DNA of 36,119 nucleotides from Chiloscyllium plagiosum (lineage: Eukaryota). The stretch is from positions 8,324,304 to 8,360,422 of the forward strand of contig NC_057718.1 in the NCBI RefSeq assembly GCF_004010195.1, in the 5' to 3' direction. The position numbers and the translations under genes were made by a program. Every line of letters starts with the position of its first letter. The stretch's first letter is position 1. Shown here in pieces: positions 11,719 through 23,079 of the stretch. The notes beneath the pieces were generated by a model, which saw nothing but the letters and a program-made list of their open reading frames with translations, had not been told where the DNA came from and made no database searches.

Positions 11719-12014
11719 TAAAGAAAGTCAGATGATACAGCGATAGTGAGTGATTTTGGCACAGTGGGGGAGGTCAGATAATCTTTATGTGGGCCAGCAG
11801 ATTTGGTATAGATAAGTAAACAGCTGTGAATTAGACACACCACAATTCTGCATCATTTGGCTTTAATGGACCAAAGATAGGGCATTACTAGGGAGCCAGG
11901 TGGGCAAACATAAAGATTTCGTTGGTGTGAAGGGCAAGGTGGAAGTGGTGACATTGGTTTCATTTCAGATTCTCAGCATTCAAGGTTTCTTTTCCAAAAA
12001 AAAACAATAAAACC

Positions 12015-12185
12015 CTGTAAACAAGATCAGAAATTGTTAGAAAGGCTTAACAGAACTCCGTTCTGAAGAAGGGTCACTGCAGCCGAAACAATAACTCTGC
12101 TTGCTCTGCCATATCTGCTGAGATTTCCAGCAATTTTTGATTTTGTTTCTGATTTCTAGCATCTGCAGTTTTTCGGTTTTGTTTT
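12015..12185 (+). mobile_element. Old Penelope-like fold-back remnant with hammerhead-like core
   Basis: Inverted piece aaacaagatcagaaattgttagaaa, then ctgaagaagggtcactgcagccgaaac (12063-12089) and ttccagcaatttttgattttgtttctgatttctagcatctgcagt. Confidence 0.6.
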
Positions 12186-12751
12186 TGTTTAGAATAACAC
12201 ACTGTACTTTTCCAATACAAGCATTGCTTCAAGAATCAAAATTAAAACCAAAAAGAATTTCTGAACAGATTATGAAGATGTTGGAAACGCTGCTCCAGAA
12301 AGGTCTGAAAGCAGAATTAACTGCTTTTTAAAATAGAGATAGATGACAGGCAATAAATTGAAGAGCTACTTTAGTTAGCAAAATGGTATGGACTCAATGG
12401 GCCTGCTGACCTATAATGACTTGCATAAAATGAAAAGATCCTTCTTTTGATGCATTGGAGAATTGGAGGAAGTCTAAACATTTTTGCTCTTAAAGCTCTG
12501 TTTTCAGTTCTTCCAAACTAACATTCAATAATATGTGGAAAAGAAAATGGCATTTTTTTGAAAAATTTAATTTTACCCACCTAAATTATTTCGTGCGGGG
12601 AAGGGAATAAAGAAATAACAGAAAAATTAATTAATAACAGGTCAAAAAAACAATTTTAATGCAATATGCAGCCTTTCAACCAACAAAAACAACTTAATCA
12701 CAAAACTGCTTTTTTTCTGTATGTTCTTAAAGGCTAAATTTCAGATTGCAT

Positions 12752-13055
12752 CTTTTCATGGGATGTGGATGTTGTTGGCAAAGCCAACATTCATCATTGC
12801 ATCTTCATTACCTACATCCTACTGCCTTGTAGCAAGGCCACTCCGAAGCACAATTAAAAGTCAATGACACTGCTGTTGTTCTGGAGTTACATGTAGATGG
12901 TAGACTTACTTCTCTAAAGAACATAAATGATCATATGATCTTTACAATAATGATAGCTTCAATGGAACTAGCTTTGAATTTCAGATTTACAACTGGATTT
13001 TAATTCCACCAACTGCCCAGTTCTATGGATCACTAGGTAATACCACCACATGGTG
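12752..13055 (-). mobile_element. tRNA-type SINE, second family
   Basis: ttcatgggatgtggatgttgttggc tail plus caattaaaagtcaatgacactgctgttgttctggagttacatgtag; homologous to 6410-6725. Confidence 0.65.
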
Positions 13056-13147
13056 GCTACTTGGATAACAAAACATACCCAGAAACCAACTCATTATTCT
13101 TACACTGTTGTCAGACTGCCACGGAAAAGGCTAATAGCAGCTCTAAA

Positions 13148-13403
13148 AATTCCCACCTCTGGCGACTGACTGTGTGGAGTTTGCACATTCTCCCCGTGTC
13201 TGCGTGGGTTTCCTCCGGGTGCTCCGGTTTCCTCCCACAGTCCAAAGATGTGCAGGTCAGGTGAATTGGCCATGCTAAATTGCCCATAGTGTTAGGTAAG
13301 GGGTTAATGTAGGGGTATGGGTGGGTTGCGCTTCGGCGGGGCGGTGTGGACTTGTTGGGCCGAAGGGCCTGTTTCCACACTGTAACGTAATCTAATCTAA
13401 TCT
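13148..13403 (+). mobile_element. HE1 SINE, 5'-truncated, low divergence
   Basis: Begins within the B box; V-domain retains many CpGs; (aatct)n tail. Confidence 0.92.
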
Positions 13404-14020
13404 AAAAAAAATAATGGGCAATGGGTCACAGATCCACGTAAAGCATGTGTAATCTTAGATTTATTCATATCTATTTGTAAACTGCCCTTAATATCTTCCA
13501 CCTTTAAATGTACTTTTTTTTAAACAAGTTAACAGCCTCCAATAGACTGCAACATTGAAATACAAAGTCGAGCATATGACTTACTGACTGGAATGACAAG
13601 AAGATTTTATTTGCCAGAAAGATGTTCCATTAACAGATTAGCTTAACTTTCTTTTCCACAGGGACTATGTTTATGGAAAGTACTGAAGGAAGGGAGGAAA
13701 TGGTGAAGAAAAGCTGACTGAAATACACCCAGCAAGGGGAAATAGTCAAAGCAATAAGGAAAGCAATAAAATTCTAAACTAATCACAGTTTGTTGTCTCC
13801 TTGCTAAACAACTTTTATCCACTGGGCCTTCACAACTTCCGCTACGAACAGTTTTACAATTACTGAACATTTTTCCTCATTGGGTAGCCTATGAACACAA
13901 TTACAAATGCTTCTGTTACCAAATAATGAGTTGCATTTTATAAATTACTTTCACTCCTCAAGCCTGCTTCATGCTGCAACATGAAGTAGGATAATGTTTC
14001 TTCAACTCACTTCTGTGCCA

Positions 14021-14043
14021 ATTATTATTATTATTATTATTAA
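14021..14043. repeat. (ATT)n microsatellite
   Basis: attattattattattattatta. Confidence 0.9.
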
Positions 14044-14164
14044 AGACGGCTGTGCCATGTTGGATTTTGCCCACATTACCACAGTTGGCTTTTTCTAAAA
14101 AAAAACAAAAATATTTTTGTAATGCTGTATTTAATATTTTCCTTGAGAGGAAGCCATCATTCTA

Positions 14165-14560
14165 GAACAGGCAGAAGGTCATGGGTTCAAATCTCACTTC
14201 ATACTGAGGACTGAATCAATGCTGTCACCCAGTTATGTACAGAGGGAGTACAGTATTGTAATATTGAAGATACTACGTTTTGATGACATGTAAACTTAAA
14301 ACCATTCGCTCTCCAATTTGAATGGAATCGATCCCACGACATTATTCTGAAGAACAGCAGTGCATCTTCCCTGGGCATCTGGTTAACATTTATCCTTCAA
14401 CCAACACCATTAAATAACATTGTCTGGTCGTTATCATACAGCTGGTTGTACACAGACTGCCTGCAACTCCTATATCTGCAACTACACTTCAAGAATGCAG
14501 CACTTCGTTGACTGTAAAGTACTTTGTGGCATCCAGAGTTTATGAAAGTCTTTCAAAAAG
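14165..14560 (+). mobile_element. Deu-domain SINE (SacSINE1/AmnSINE1-like), near full length, old
   Basis: B-box-like gggttcaaatc; Deu core ctggttaacatttatccttcaaccaacacca..tctggtcgttatca; tail actacacttcaag..ttgactgtaaagtactttg. Confidence 0.75.
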
Positions 14561-15035
14561 ATCTGAAAACATTTAGGTTGATCTTGTGAAGACACTAAAG
14601 ACACTATGTAAATGCAACATGTGAGGTTCCATGCCATTAGCAGGAGGAGCTTGACTAAGCAGATGCTAAAGAATATGCAATTCCTACACCAAAGAGTAGA
14701 CATTAACCTCTGAGTGCCAGCTCAGAAAAACATGGGCCATGAGGGAGCAGCTAATAAAATGATCTGTTTCCTCAGCAATAGCAAGAAACCACCTGCTTCT
14801 TGAACCAATCTCACATTGTATGCTTAGTGGAGAAGATATGTCCACAATCAGGGTCTAGTAAGTGACATCCAATTTTATTATAGTCAAGAATCTTTGGAAA
14901 ACTGCCGATGGCTGTATCATGTTTATTAAATCAATAAAGTAATTTTTTTTGTTTTGACGTATTGTTTTATAATCGTCTTCTGTTCAGGAAGGAAGAGTCA
15001 CATGGTAGATCTGCCAGTCAACAGAGTGACAGCTC

Positions 15036-15165
15036 TTTGGAAAGGTACATGAATAGGAAAGATTTGGAGGGACAGGAGCAGACAGGTGGGACTAGTTTAG
15101 TTTGGGATTATCCTCAGCATGGACTGGTTGGATCTAAGGGTCTGTTTCTGTGCTGTACGACACTT
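15036..15165 (+). mobile_element. CR1/HER1 3' UTR fragment
   Basis: ggtacatgaataggaaagatttggaggga..aagggtctgtttctgtgctgta. Confidence 0.85.
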
Positions 15166-15554
15166 TGATGGGATCCCTGGGTCACAATGTTACTTAATTA
15201 GGTAGAGAGAAAAAAGGCTTTCCTTATCATGATGCATAAGAATCACTTATAGGAGTGGCTGCTGACAATGAGTTGAAGTTAATATTTAGCTCAAAAACCA
15301 GAAGTTGTAAGGTAGCATTATGGAGCAACTAAGTTGAATTGCAATTTCGTATTTTGTTTTCATATTCAGAATCTAATCTTGAATCCAGCGAACATGCTTT
15401 CATTGGCAATGGAAATAGCCACTTGTAAAATGATCTTGAGAAAGGTAGTTTGGTTTACAACTTGTGTGCATCTACAACCTGATCACATATTGATTATTTA
15501 ATTCCAAAGTCACAAGGCCACTCCCCTTGCGAAAGCGACCCATGACATTATTAA

Positions 15555-16115
15555 CAAGCATTTATATAATGCCTTTAATGCAATAAAACATCTCAATGTG
15601 CTTCACAAGAGCATTATCAAACATTTGACATCAAAACACATCTTCAAGCAGATGACCAAAAGTTTGGTTGAAGAGGTAGGCTTCAAGAGTATCTGATAAG
15701 GAAGAGAGGTGGAGAATTTTAGAGGGATGGAATTTTAGAATTTAAGGCCTTGCCAGCTAAAGACACAGGTGTCAATGGTGGAACAACTATAAGCCAAAAA
15801 TGGAAGGTTGTTGGAGTTGGAGGTGAGTACAGAGACAATGGTGCGCTTGGCCATGGAGAGATTTTAAGACAAGGATGAGAATTAACTGGGAGCCAATGTA
15901 GGTCAGCAACACAGGGATGATGAGTGAACCAGACTTAGTATACATTTGGAAAGGGCAGCAGAGTTTTACTGGAGCTTAGGTTCATGGATGGATGGATGAT
16001 GAGAGGTCAACCGCGACTGCACTGGAATAATCAAATCTTGAAGTAACAAAATCATACATGAGGGTTTCAACAGTACATACTCTGAGGCAGGGCCATATTA
16101 CAAAGATGGAAATAG
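15555..16115 (-). mobile_element. L2-type LINE, ORF2 end and 3' UTR
   Basis: ORF 15982-16212 contains ETLMYDFVTSRFDYSSA, matching the L2 motif ETLxHAFVTSRLDYxN; tail gcatttatataatgcctttaatgcaataaaacatctc. Confidence 0.75.
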
Positions 16116-16429
16116 GGGGCTTTGTCAAAACCAACCCTGAAGTATCTAGGGTACATAGAAAATAACTCAGAGTTAAGCCTGTACACAAATTGTGTCCAAT
16201 CAAGTGGTTCATTACAATACCACAGATTACACATTTAAATTGATACTGTATAAGACAGCCACAGTTTCAACACCAAAATTGTTTTTGCAACAATTGACTT
16301 CTTTTTTCAGCCACCTCATTCAATACTTGCATTAAGAATCAGCCTCAAATTCTCACCCAACAAATCAATGTTTTACTTATCAGGTGGATGAAGGAGATAA
16401 GACCATATTGCAAAGATCTGCAGTGTAGT

Positions 16430-16788
16430 ACAGGAGGTCATGTTGCAGCTGTACAGGACATTGGTTAGGCCACTGTTGGAATACTGTGTGCAATTCTGGT
16501 CTCCTTCCTATCGGAAAGATGTTATGAAACTTGAAAGAGTTCAGAAAAGATTTACAAGGATGTTGCCAGGGTTGGAGGATTTGAGCTATAGGGNNNNNNN
16601 NNNNNNNNNGGTGGAGGCTGGTACAATTGCAACATTTAAGAGGCATTTGGATGGGTATGTGAATAGGAAGGGTCTGGAGGGATATGGGCCGGGTTCTGGC
16701 AGGTGGGACTAGATTGGGTTGGGATATCTGGTCGGCATGGACGAGTTGGACCGAAGGGTCTGTTTCCGTGATGTACATCTCTATGACA
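16430..16788 (+). mobile_element. Young CR1/HER1-type LINE 3' part spanning an assembly gap
   Basis: ORF MLQLYRTLVRPLLEYCVQFWSPSYRKDVMKLERVQKRFTRMLPGL..VEAGTIATFKRHLDGY. Confidence 0.93.
16594..16609. other. Assembly gap (16 N)
   Basis: Run of n characters. Confidence 0.99.
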
Positions 16789-17917
16789 CATCCAAACAGG
16801 TTAGAGCCAGCATGGTGAATGACAAAGCTGACAACCATCCATACCATGTTCACTTTTATAATTGGGGGCCAAGTAGAACTTTTTGGGAGGTATGTTGGAA
16901 GGTCTCAAAAGTCAAGTTACCCACCAACATGTACATAGTTTACGAGCCAAACCAAACTAGCTAAAGAGAACACATTTTTCCAAGTTCATTAATTAAATGG
17001 ATACCAATACAATGCTAAATCAGGGTGGTATGTGGTTTTGAGAGAAACTTGTAGGTGTGGTATTCCCATGCGTTTTCTGCCTTGACCTTCTGGATAGTAA
17101 AGATCACCGATTTGGAAATTGTTGTCAAAAAGAGCCTTGATGAGTTACTGAGGTTGATCTTGGAGACGGCACACATTGTTGCCACTGTCTATCAGTGGTG
17201 AAAGGAATCAATGTTGAAGGTGGTGGAAGGGGTGCCAATCAAGTGGGCTGCTGTCTTGGATGGTATTAAGCTTGAGTGCTGTTGAAGCTGTACCCAGTGG
17301 TGCAGTATTCTTTCACATTCCTGACTTGTATATTGTGGATGATTGACAATGAGGGTGACAGGAGGTGGAGTTATTCACCACAGAATGTTTTGCATCTGAC
17401 CTTCTCATGCAATCACAGTACTAATATAGCTAGTCCAATTCAGCTTCTGGTCAAAGAAAGGCCCTAACATGTTGATAGTGGTGGATTCAGTGCAGATAAT
17501 ACCATTTAACATTAAAGAACGGTGATTAAATTCTCTTCTTTTGGAGATGGTCACTGCCTGTCATTTATGTGACACAAATATAACTTGTCACTTGTCAGTA
17601 CAGGCCTGGACATTGTCCAGATTGTGCTATATATGTACACAGATTGATTCTGTATCTGAGGTGTTGTGAATGATGCTGAACACTGATGATTGCACAAAGA
17701 ATACTACCACTTCTGACCTTATGATGGAAAGAAAGTCATTGATGAAACACACTAAGGTATTTGGCAGAGGACACAACTCTGAAGAATTCCAGCAGAGGTG
17801 ATTGATCGCCAATAACCACAAACATTCTTCTTTATGCTGGGTATGACTCCAACCACTGCAGAGTTTTCTCCATAGTTCTTATTGCCTGTAGTTTTGCTAG
17901 GGCTCCTTAAATGACAT

Positions 17918-18077
17918 CTGAGTCTAGATTAGTGTGGTGCTGGAAAGCACAGCAGGTCAAGCAGCATCCGAGGAGCAGGAAAATCGACATTTCGGGCAAA
18001 AGCCCTTCATCAGGCTCTATTCCAGCACCACTCTAATCTAGACTCTGGTCTCCAGCATATGCAGTCCTTGTTTTTAC
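17918..18077. mobile_element. Penelope-derived fold-back mini-element A with 15 bp TSD
   Basis: ctccttaaatgacat at 17903-17917 and 18078-18092; internal inverted repeat 17920-17945 / 18020-18045 (25 of 26 match). Confidence 0.85.
17982..18014 (-). ncRNA. Minimal type I hammerhead ribozyme motif (PLE pLTR)
   Basis: Minus strand reads CUGAUGA-A-GGGC-UUUU-GCCC-GAAA-UGUC-GAUU. Confidence 0.7.
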
Positions 18078-18104
18078 CTCCTTAAATGACATACCTAGTC
18101 AAAT

Positions 18105-18313
18105 AGAGATCAGTGTGCTGCTGGAAATGCACAACTGGTCAGGCAGCATCTGAGAAGCAGGAAAATCGATTTTTCAAGCAGGAGCCCTTCATCAGGAATG
18201 GGTGTGGAAGTGGCTGCGGAAGCGGCCGCGAAGAAATAAAGAAAAAAAAGTGCATTTCCAGCACCACTCTAGTCTTGACTCTAATCTCCAGCATCTGCAG
18301 TCCTCACTTTTGC
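18105..18313. mobile_element. Penelope-derived fold-back mini-element B with 15 bp TSD
   Basis: catacctagtcaaat at 18090-18104 and catacctagttaaat at 18314-18328; inverted pLTR piece, filler, then direct 3' end. Confidence 0.8.
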
Positions 18314-18489
18314 CATACCTAGTTAAATGCAAACACTTCAACTTGGCTGTTACATTCAGCTCTTTTGTCCATGTTTGATCCAATGATGCAGTGAAGTCAG
18401 GAGCCTCAGTTGTTTCTTCTTGTTTAATAACCTCTTCAATAATTATATGATATAATTTTCACAAATAGGAAAAGTATTTCATGTAAGTA

Positions 18490-19940
18490 ACACCATTCGG
18501 AGGTGTTTGACAAGATACCTTACAAAAGACATAGGATAAGAGCCCACAGTGTTGGAGGCAGTATATTGGCATGGATAGAGAATTGTATCATGTACAGGAA
18601 ACTACAAATGGGGAAAAAGGAGTTCTTGTACAGGCTGGTGACCTGTGACCAGTGAAGTTCCACAGGGATCAGTATTGGCCTTGCAATTGCTTACAATACA
18701 TATTTATGATTTGGAGGAAGGAAGTGAATGAACTGTAGCCAAATTTTCAGACAACAGTAAAATAGGTGGCGGGCAGTATGTGAGAAGGGATACAGGTTAC
18801 AGAGAAATATTGATAGATTAAGTGTGCAAAAAGTTGGCAAATGAAATATAATGTATGAAAGTATTAAGTTGTTCATTTTTGAAGGAAGAACAAAAGAACA
18901 AAATATTATTTGAATACAGAAAAATCGCAGAAAGCTGCAACATAGAATTATAGAATCCCTACAGTGTGGAAGCAGACCATTCAGCCCATTGGGTCCACGC
19001 TGACCCTCCAAAGAGTAACCCATCCACACCCATTCCCCTACCTTATTATCCCCTACCCCTGACTAATGTACCAAACTTACACATCCTTGAACACTATGAG
19101 CAATTTAGCATGGCCAATTCACGTAATTTGCACATCTTTGGATTGTGGGAGGAAACTGGAGCACCCAGAAGAAACCCAGCAAACAAAAGGGAGTATGTGC
19201 AAACTCCACAGAAACAGTCGTCTAAGGCTGGAATCAAACCTGGGTCCCTGGTGCTGTGTGACAACAGTGCTAACCACTGAGTCACCGTGCTGCCTGCAAA
19301 GGGACCTGGGGCATTAATGGAATGATGGCCCTTATTTCAAGGGAGTTGGTGCACAAGTGTAGGGAAGTCTTACTGCAACTGAACAAGGTTGGAGAGACAA
19401 CATCTGGAATACTGTGAGCAGTTTCTTGCCCCTTGTTTAAGGAAAGATATCATTTCATTGGAGACAGTACAGCAAAGGCTCACTCGGATGTCTCTGTTAT
19501 GGAGGGATTCTCTTAAGCAAAAGCTCAACTACTCAATAGAATTTAGAAGAATTAGAGTTGATCCCATTCAAACATATGGTATTCTGAAAGCATGACAGGA
19601 TAAATGCTGAGAGAATGTTTCCCTTTTTGGGAGAGTCTAGGACCAGAGAGCACAGCCACAGAATAAAAGGATGCCAGTTTAAGACTGAGATGAGGAGGAA
19701 TATCTTCTTTCAAAGGGTTGAGTCTCTTTGGAACTGTTTGCCACAGAAAATTGTGGGAGCAGAGTCCTTGTGGATGTTGAAGGCTGAGGTAGGTAGATTT
19801 TTGATCAGTCAGGAATCAAGGGTTAGGGGAAAGGAGAGACAAGTGGACCTGAGGTACATCAGATCAGCCATAACCCTGCTGAATGGCGGAGCAGGCTCAA
19901 GGAGCCCAATGTTTTACTCATGTTCCTTTTTCTTATAATC
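18490..19940 (+). mobile_element. CR1 LINE, RT to 3' UTR, interrupted by HE1
   Basis: tacaatacatatttatgatttgg..gccaaattttcagacaac (IYxxDL..KFxD); ORF 19389-19595 HLEYCEQF; ORF 19615-19938 FKTEMRRNIFFQRV. Confidence 0.9.
18941..19294 (-). mobile_element. HE1 SINE inserted in CR1
   Basis: Reverse complement of the HE1 consensus; tgcaa on both flanks (18936-18940, 19295-19299) is a possible short TSD. Confidence 0.92.
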
Positions 19941-20429
19941 TTAAGTGAATAATTGTTGAAAACAGAACTTGGGAATCAGGCAAGCTTCATTGTTCTATTC
20001 CTCTGTTGGTGAAAATGAGATACAATACAAAATGCAGCAAGTTAAATAGTATACTTAACAGGTACAATGTGTTATCACATCAACACAGCAATCAGCAGAG
20101 CTACAAGGCCTCAGTAACTTGACAATTCTTCATTCGAAGCTCTGCATTGTATTTCACAATGTCTGTTTTTAGATTAATGTTTGATACAAAATCCATTCCC
20201 CTGCCAATATTTAATGCATTCAAACAAAATGCCAGTTCAAGTAGTAGAAATACCACAGTCCATTTACTTAAATAGTTTTGATGAAAATTCACACAGCATT
20301 CTGCTTTCCAAATAGACCTGTGTAATTAAGTAGGTGTAGCATAGCCTTTCTTCAGTAACCTGCACCCTGAGTTTTAAACATCTGATCAGTGTTTAAACAA
20401 TGAAACAATACTGACAATGAAAAGGCTCT

Positions 20430-20540
20430 TATGGTACAGTGTGTGACCCTACCTTGTGACCAGGATGCCAGGCTGAAGTCCTACCTGCTCCAGAGGTATG
20501 TAAGAATATCTCTGAACTGGTTGATTAGAAAACATCTATC
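20430..20540 (+). repeat. Short tRNA-SINE-like interspersed repeat
   Basis: aagtcctacctgctccagaggtatgtaagaatatctctgaactggttgattagaaaacatct; homologous to 5655-5720 (reverse) and 5860-5918. Confidence 0.5.
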
Positions 20541-21519
20541 ATCAGAAATGGAACAATTCTCGATTTTATCAAGCGCTGCAGAAATCGAACTTGAAAGCTT
20601 CTTTTCAAACCCTTAAATCTCTTCAGCTGAAACTATTCAGGTCATTATTTTTTCAGCCATGCACACTAACATGCAGTCTTTCTTATGGTCTCCCTTGAAC
20701 GTGAATGCCCCCTTAACTAGATCAGAGCTAAATCAACTCATTAGTCTTTGCCTCTGAAAACTCTTTCAAAACTATTTCTAATATCATTGTGTGGGAGAAA
20801 AATGATGTTTCAAAATGGCAGGCCAGTACCACCTTCTCAGGGCAACTAAATGCAGCTTTGCGAGTGTTTCCCACAGCCTGGAAGCATTCCTTTTGAAAAA
20901 ATGTCCTTGCTGCTCTCCCCCTGACTTTTAGAGAATCTGTTGCACCCTCTTTCCCCCTGTAGGGGAATAAGGAAAAAGTGTATGAAAAGTTTCTGCCACA
21001 TGTTCCTGGCAGCTGTCTTCAGAGATGCACTGATGCAGCTCTCTGGGCAGCCTGCCCACTTACTTGCTGAGCCAAGGTTCATTCAGTAACTTAACTGAAT
21101 GTGGCATGGACTCTGTGATATACGGCAGTAATGGCCATGCTCAATTCCATGTTTCTGTTCTGTCAGAGGTCACCTGAAACAGCAGCAGACAATTGTATTG
21201 CTTTGCCTTGACTAGGCTTGGGACAGAAAATCTGCATATCCTACAAGAAAGGGTATTACCACGTCCCCCTTACTACAGTCAAGAAACCGGTTTATATATA
21301 CTTATGAAGAGTTATCATGCTCAAACAGAAAGGATGTGAGTCTACTCAGGCTTGTCTTGTGTTTTCCTTCAGAAGGTAATGAAAGAAAATGGGAGAAAAA
21401 TTAATAATTTTTAAAAAATCTTTAATAACCAAACTTTTAAACAAGATAAAGCAGTCACAGCTAGAACTAGGCAAGGAACCAGCCATAAACTGGCAAAAGG
21501 CGAGCACGGTTATAATAAG

Positions 21520-21890
21520 GGGACTTGCTTTTGCACATGGCCTTATCGAATCATCAAAACATCTCTTAAGTACTTAATGTATTTTGTCACTAAAGGAGCA
21601 TTACCTATAATCTCTAAGTGACAGCTTTTCTGTGTCAGAAAAGGCCCATGAACAACAAGATGAATTGCTTCATTCTCATATGGTATTGGCTGATGAATGA
21701 ATGCTGGCCCAGACACCAGAATTTCTAGCTCGTCAATGAATTAAGCATGGGGTTCCACAGCCCTACTCGAAACAGAATAACTATAACCTCATCTCAAGGT
21801 CCCATTCAATAGATTGTACGTAGATAGCCCAGAAACTTCTGAGTGCTCCATCAGTTGTCGGCCTGGAATATAAGCTCAGTTCTTGGTTTT
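21520..21890 (-). mobile_element. Deu-domain SINE, old
   Basis: tggtattggctgatgaatgaatgctggcccagacaccag is the reverse of the Deu core; gtcggcctggaatataagctcag lies toward the head. Confidence 0.6.
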
Positions 21891-22039
21891 GCATTTGCAG
21901 CCAAATCCAGAGCAAACCAGAATATCCCTTGACATGTAAAATCTGTGACCAGCAGATGGCTTGCACATCATTACATATAAATTGCCCAACTTACTTCCAT
22001 TTACTTTTTTTTTTGCATGGACCAAACAGGCTGCCAGAT

Positions 22040-22172
22040 ATGATCTGAAAATGAGTCACTGGACTCAAAATATTAACCCTGTTTTCTCTACACTGATGCT
22101 GTTGAGTCTTTTTCCAGCAATTTCTGTTTTTGTTTCCAATTTCCAGCATTCTCATTTCTTTGGTTTTTGTTT
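22040..22172 (+). mobile_element. Old Penelope-like terminal remnant with degenerate hammerhead motif
   Basis: ctgaaaa-tgagtc-actg-gactca-aaatattaac, then gatgctg..ttccagcaatttctgtttttgtttccaatttccagcat. Confidence 0.6.
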
Positions 22173-22366
22173 AGGCTACTAGATTTGTTGGCTGTGTGGC
22201 TGCTAGGCATCTGATGATTGTATTCAGAAGGCAGTGCAGAAGGTGAGAGAAATTGATTAAAATATTCGTTTGAGACTTTAGTGTTAATCTAAAAACTGGC
22301 TAACCTATTCTGAGGAGATCGAAGATTGGTGTTGCCCTTCCCAGAGTTACAGTCTTCCTGAGGTCT

Positions 22367-22659
22367 GGGCGGCACGATGGCTCAGTGGTTAGCACTGCAG
22401 TCTCACAGTGCCAGGGACGCCGTTTGAATTCCAGCCTCAGGCGACTGTCTGTGTGGAGTTTGCACATTCCCCCAGTGTGTGTGGGTTTCCTCCCACAATC
22501 TAAAGATGTGCAGGTCAGGTGAATTGGCAGTGGTAAATTGCTCCACAGTGTCAGGTGCATTTGTCAGAGGGAAATGGATCTGGGTGGGTTACTCTTTGGA
22601 GTGTCGATGGGGCCGAATGGCCTGTTTCCACACTGTAGGGAATCTAATCTAATCTAATC
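22367..22659 (+). mobile_element. HE1 SINE with small internal deletions
   Basis: HE1 head, V-domain and (aatct)n tail; lacks the segment between the two ggtttcctcc repeats present in 13148-13403. Confidence 0.92.
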
Positions 22660-22705
22660 AGAAAGACACACGTTGGAGTCAAGCAGACGAGACAGAACAC
22701 AACAA

Positions 22706-22872
22706 TAGTCATAGAGAAGTACAGCACAGAAACAGTCCCTTTGGTCTAACCCATCCATGCCGACACAATATCCTAAATTAATCTAGTCCCATTTGCCAGC
22801 ACTTGGCCCATACCCCTTTAAACCTTTCCCATTCATGTACCCATCCAGATGCCTTTTAAATGTTGTAATTGC
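22706..22872 (-). mobile_element. CR1/HER1 3' end
   Basis: gtcatagagaagtacagcacagaaacag..tacccatccagatgccttttaaatgttgtaattg. Confidence 0.9.
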
Positions 22873-23079
22873 ACGTAAATCATGCTTTTAAACATAATAG
22901 CGTGCCCCAATGCACTTTCCAGGAGTGTTAGCAATCAAATTTTGACATTACATCTGCCATAATGCAATAAAAGTTCTTTGAGGAATTCCTTGCTGGCAGA
23001 ATCACAGCTTCCAAAAGACAACTGAAACAAGTGCCAAGGTGAACCATGATGGATTCTCCATTGAGAGGGTGAAAATTTA

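Larger units (their letters stand above)
17025..18410 (-). mobile_element. Old CR1-like LINE (distinct family), RT to 3' region, interrupted by two PLE mini-elements
   Basis: Minus strand encodes CFINDFLSIIRSEV and NLDNVQACTDK*QVIF (RT motifs FINDL and DLDxIxxWxxKW). Confidence 0.75.

Noticed and set aside
13585..13682. Minus-strand segment with a strong acceptor and GTAAGT donor
   Set aside because: Stops in all three frames; a non-coding exon cannot be supported without transcripts.
16380..16853. Longest ORF in the track (157 aa)
   Set aside because: Antisense to CR1 and spans an N gap of unknown true length.
21064..21173. Minus-strand segment bounded by tttcag and gtaagt
   Set aside because: All three frames contain stops.
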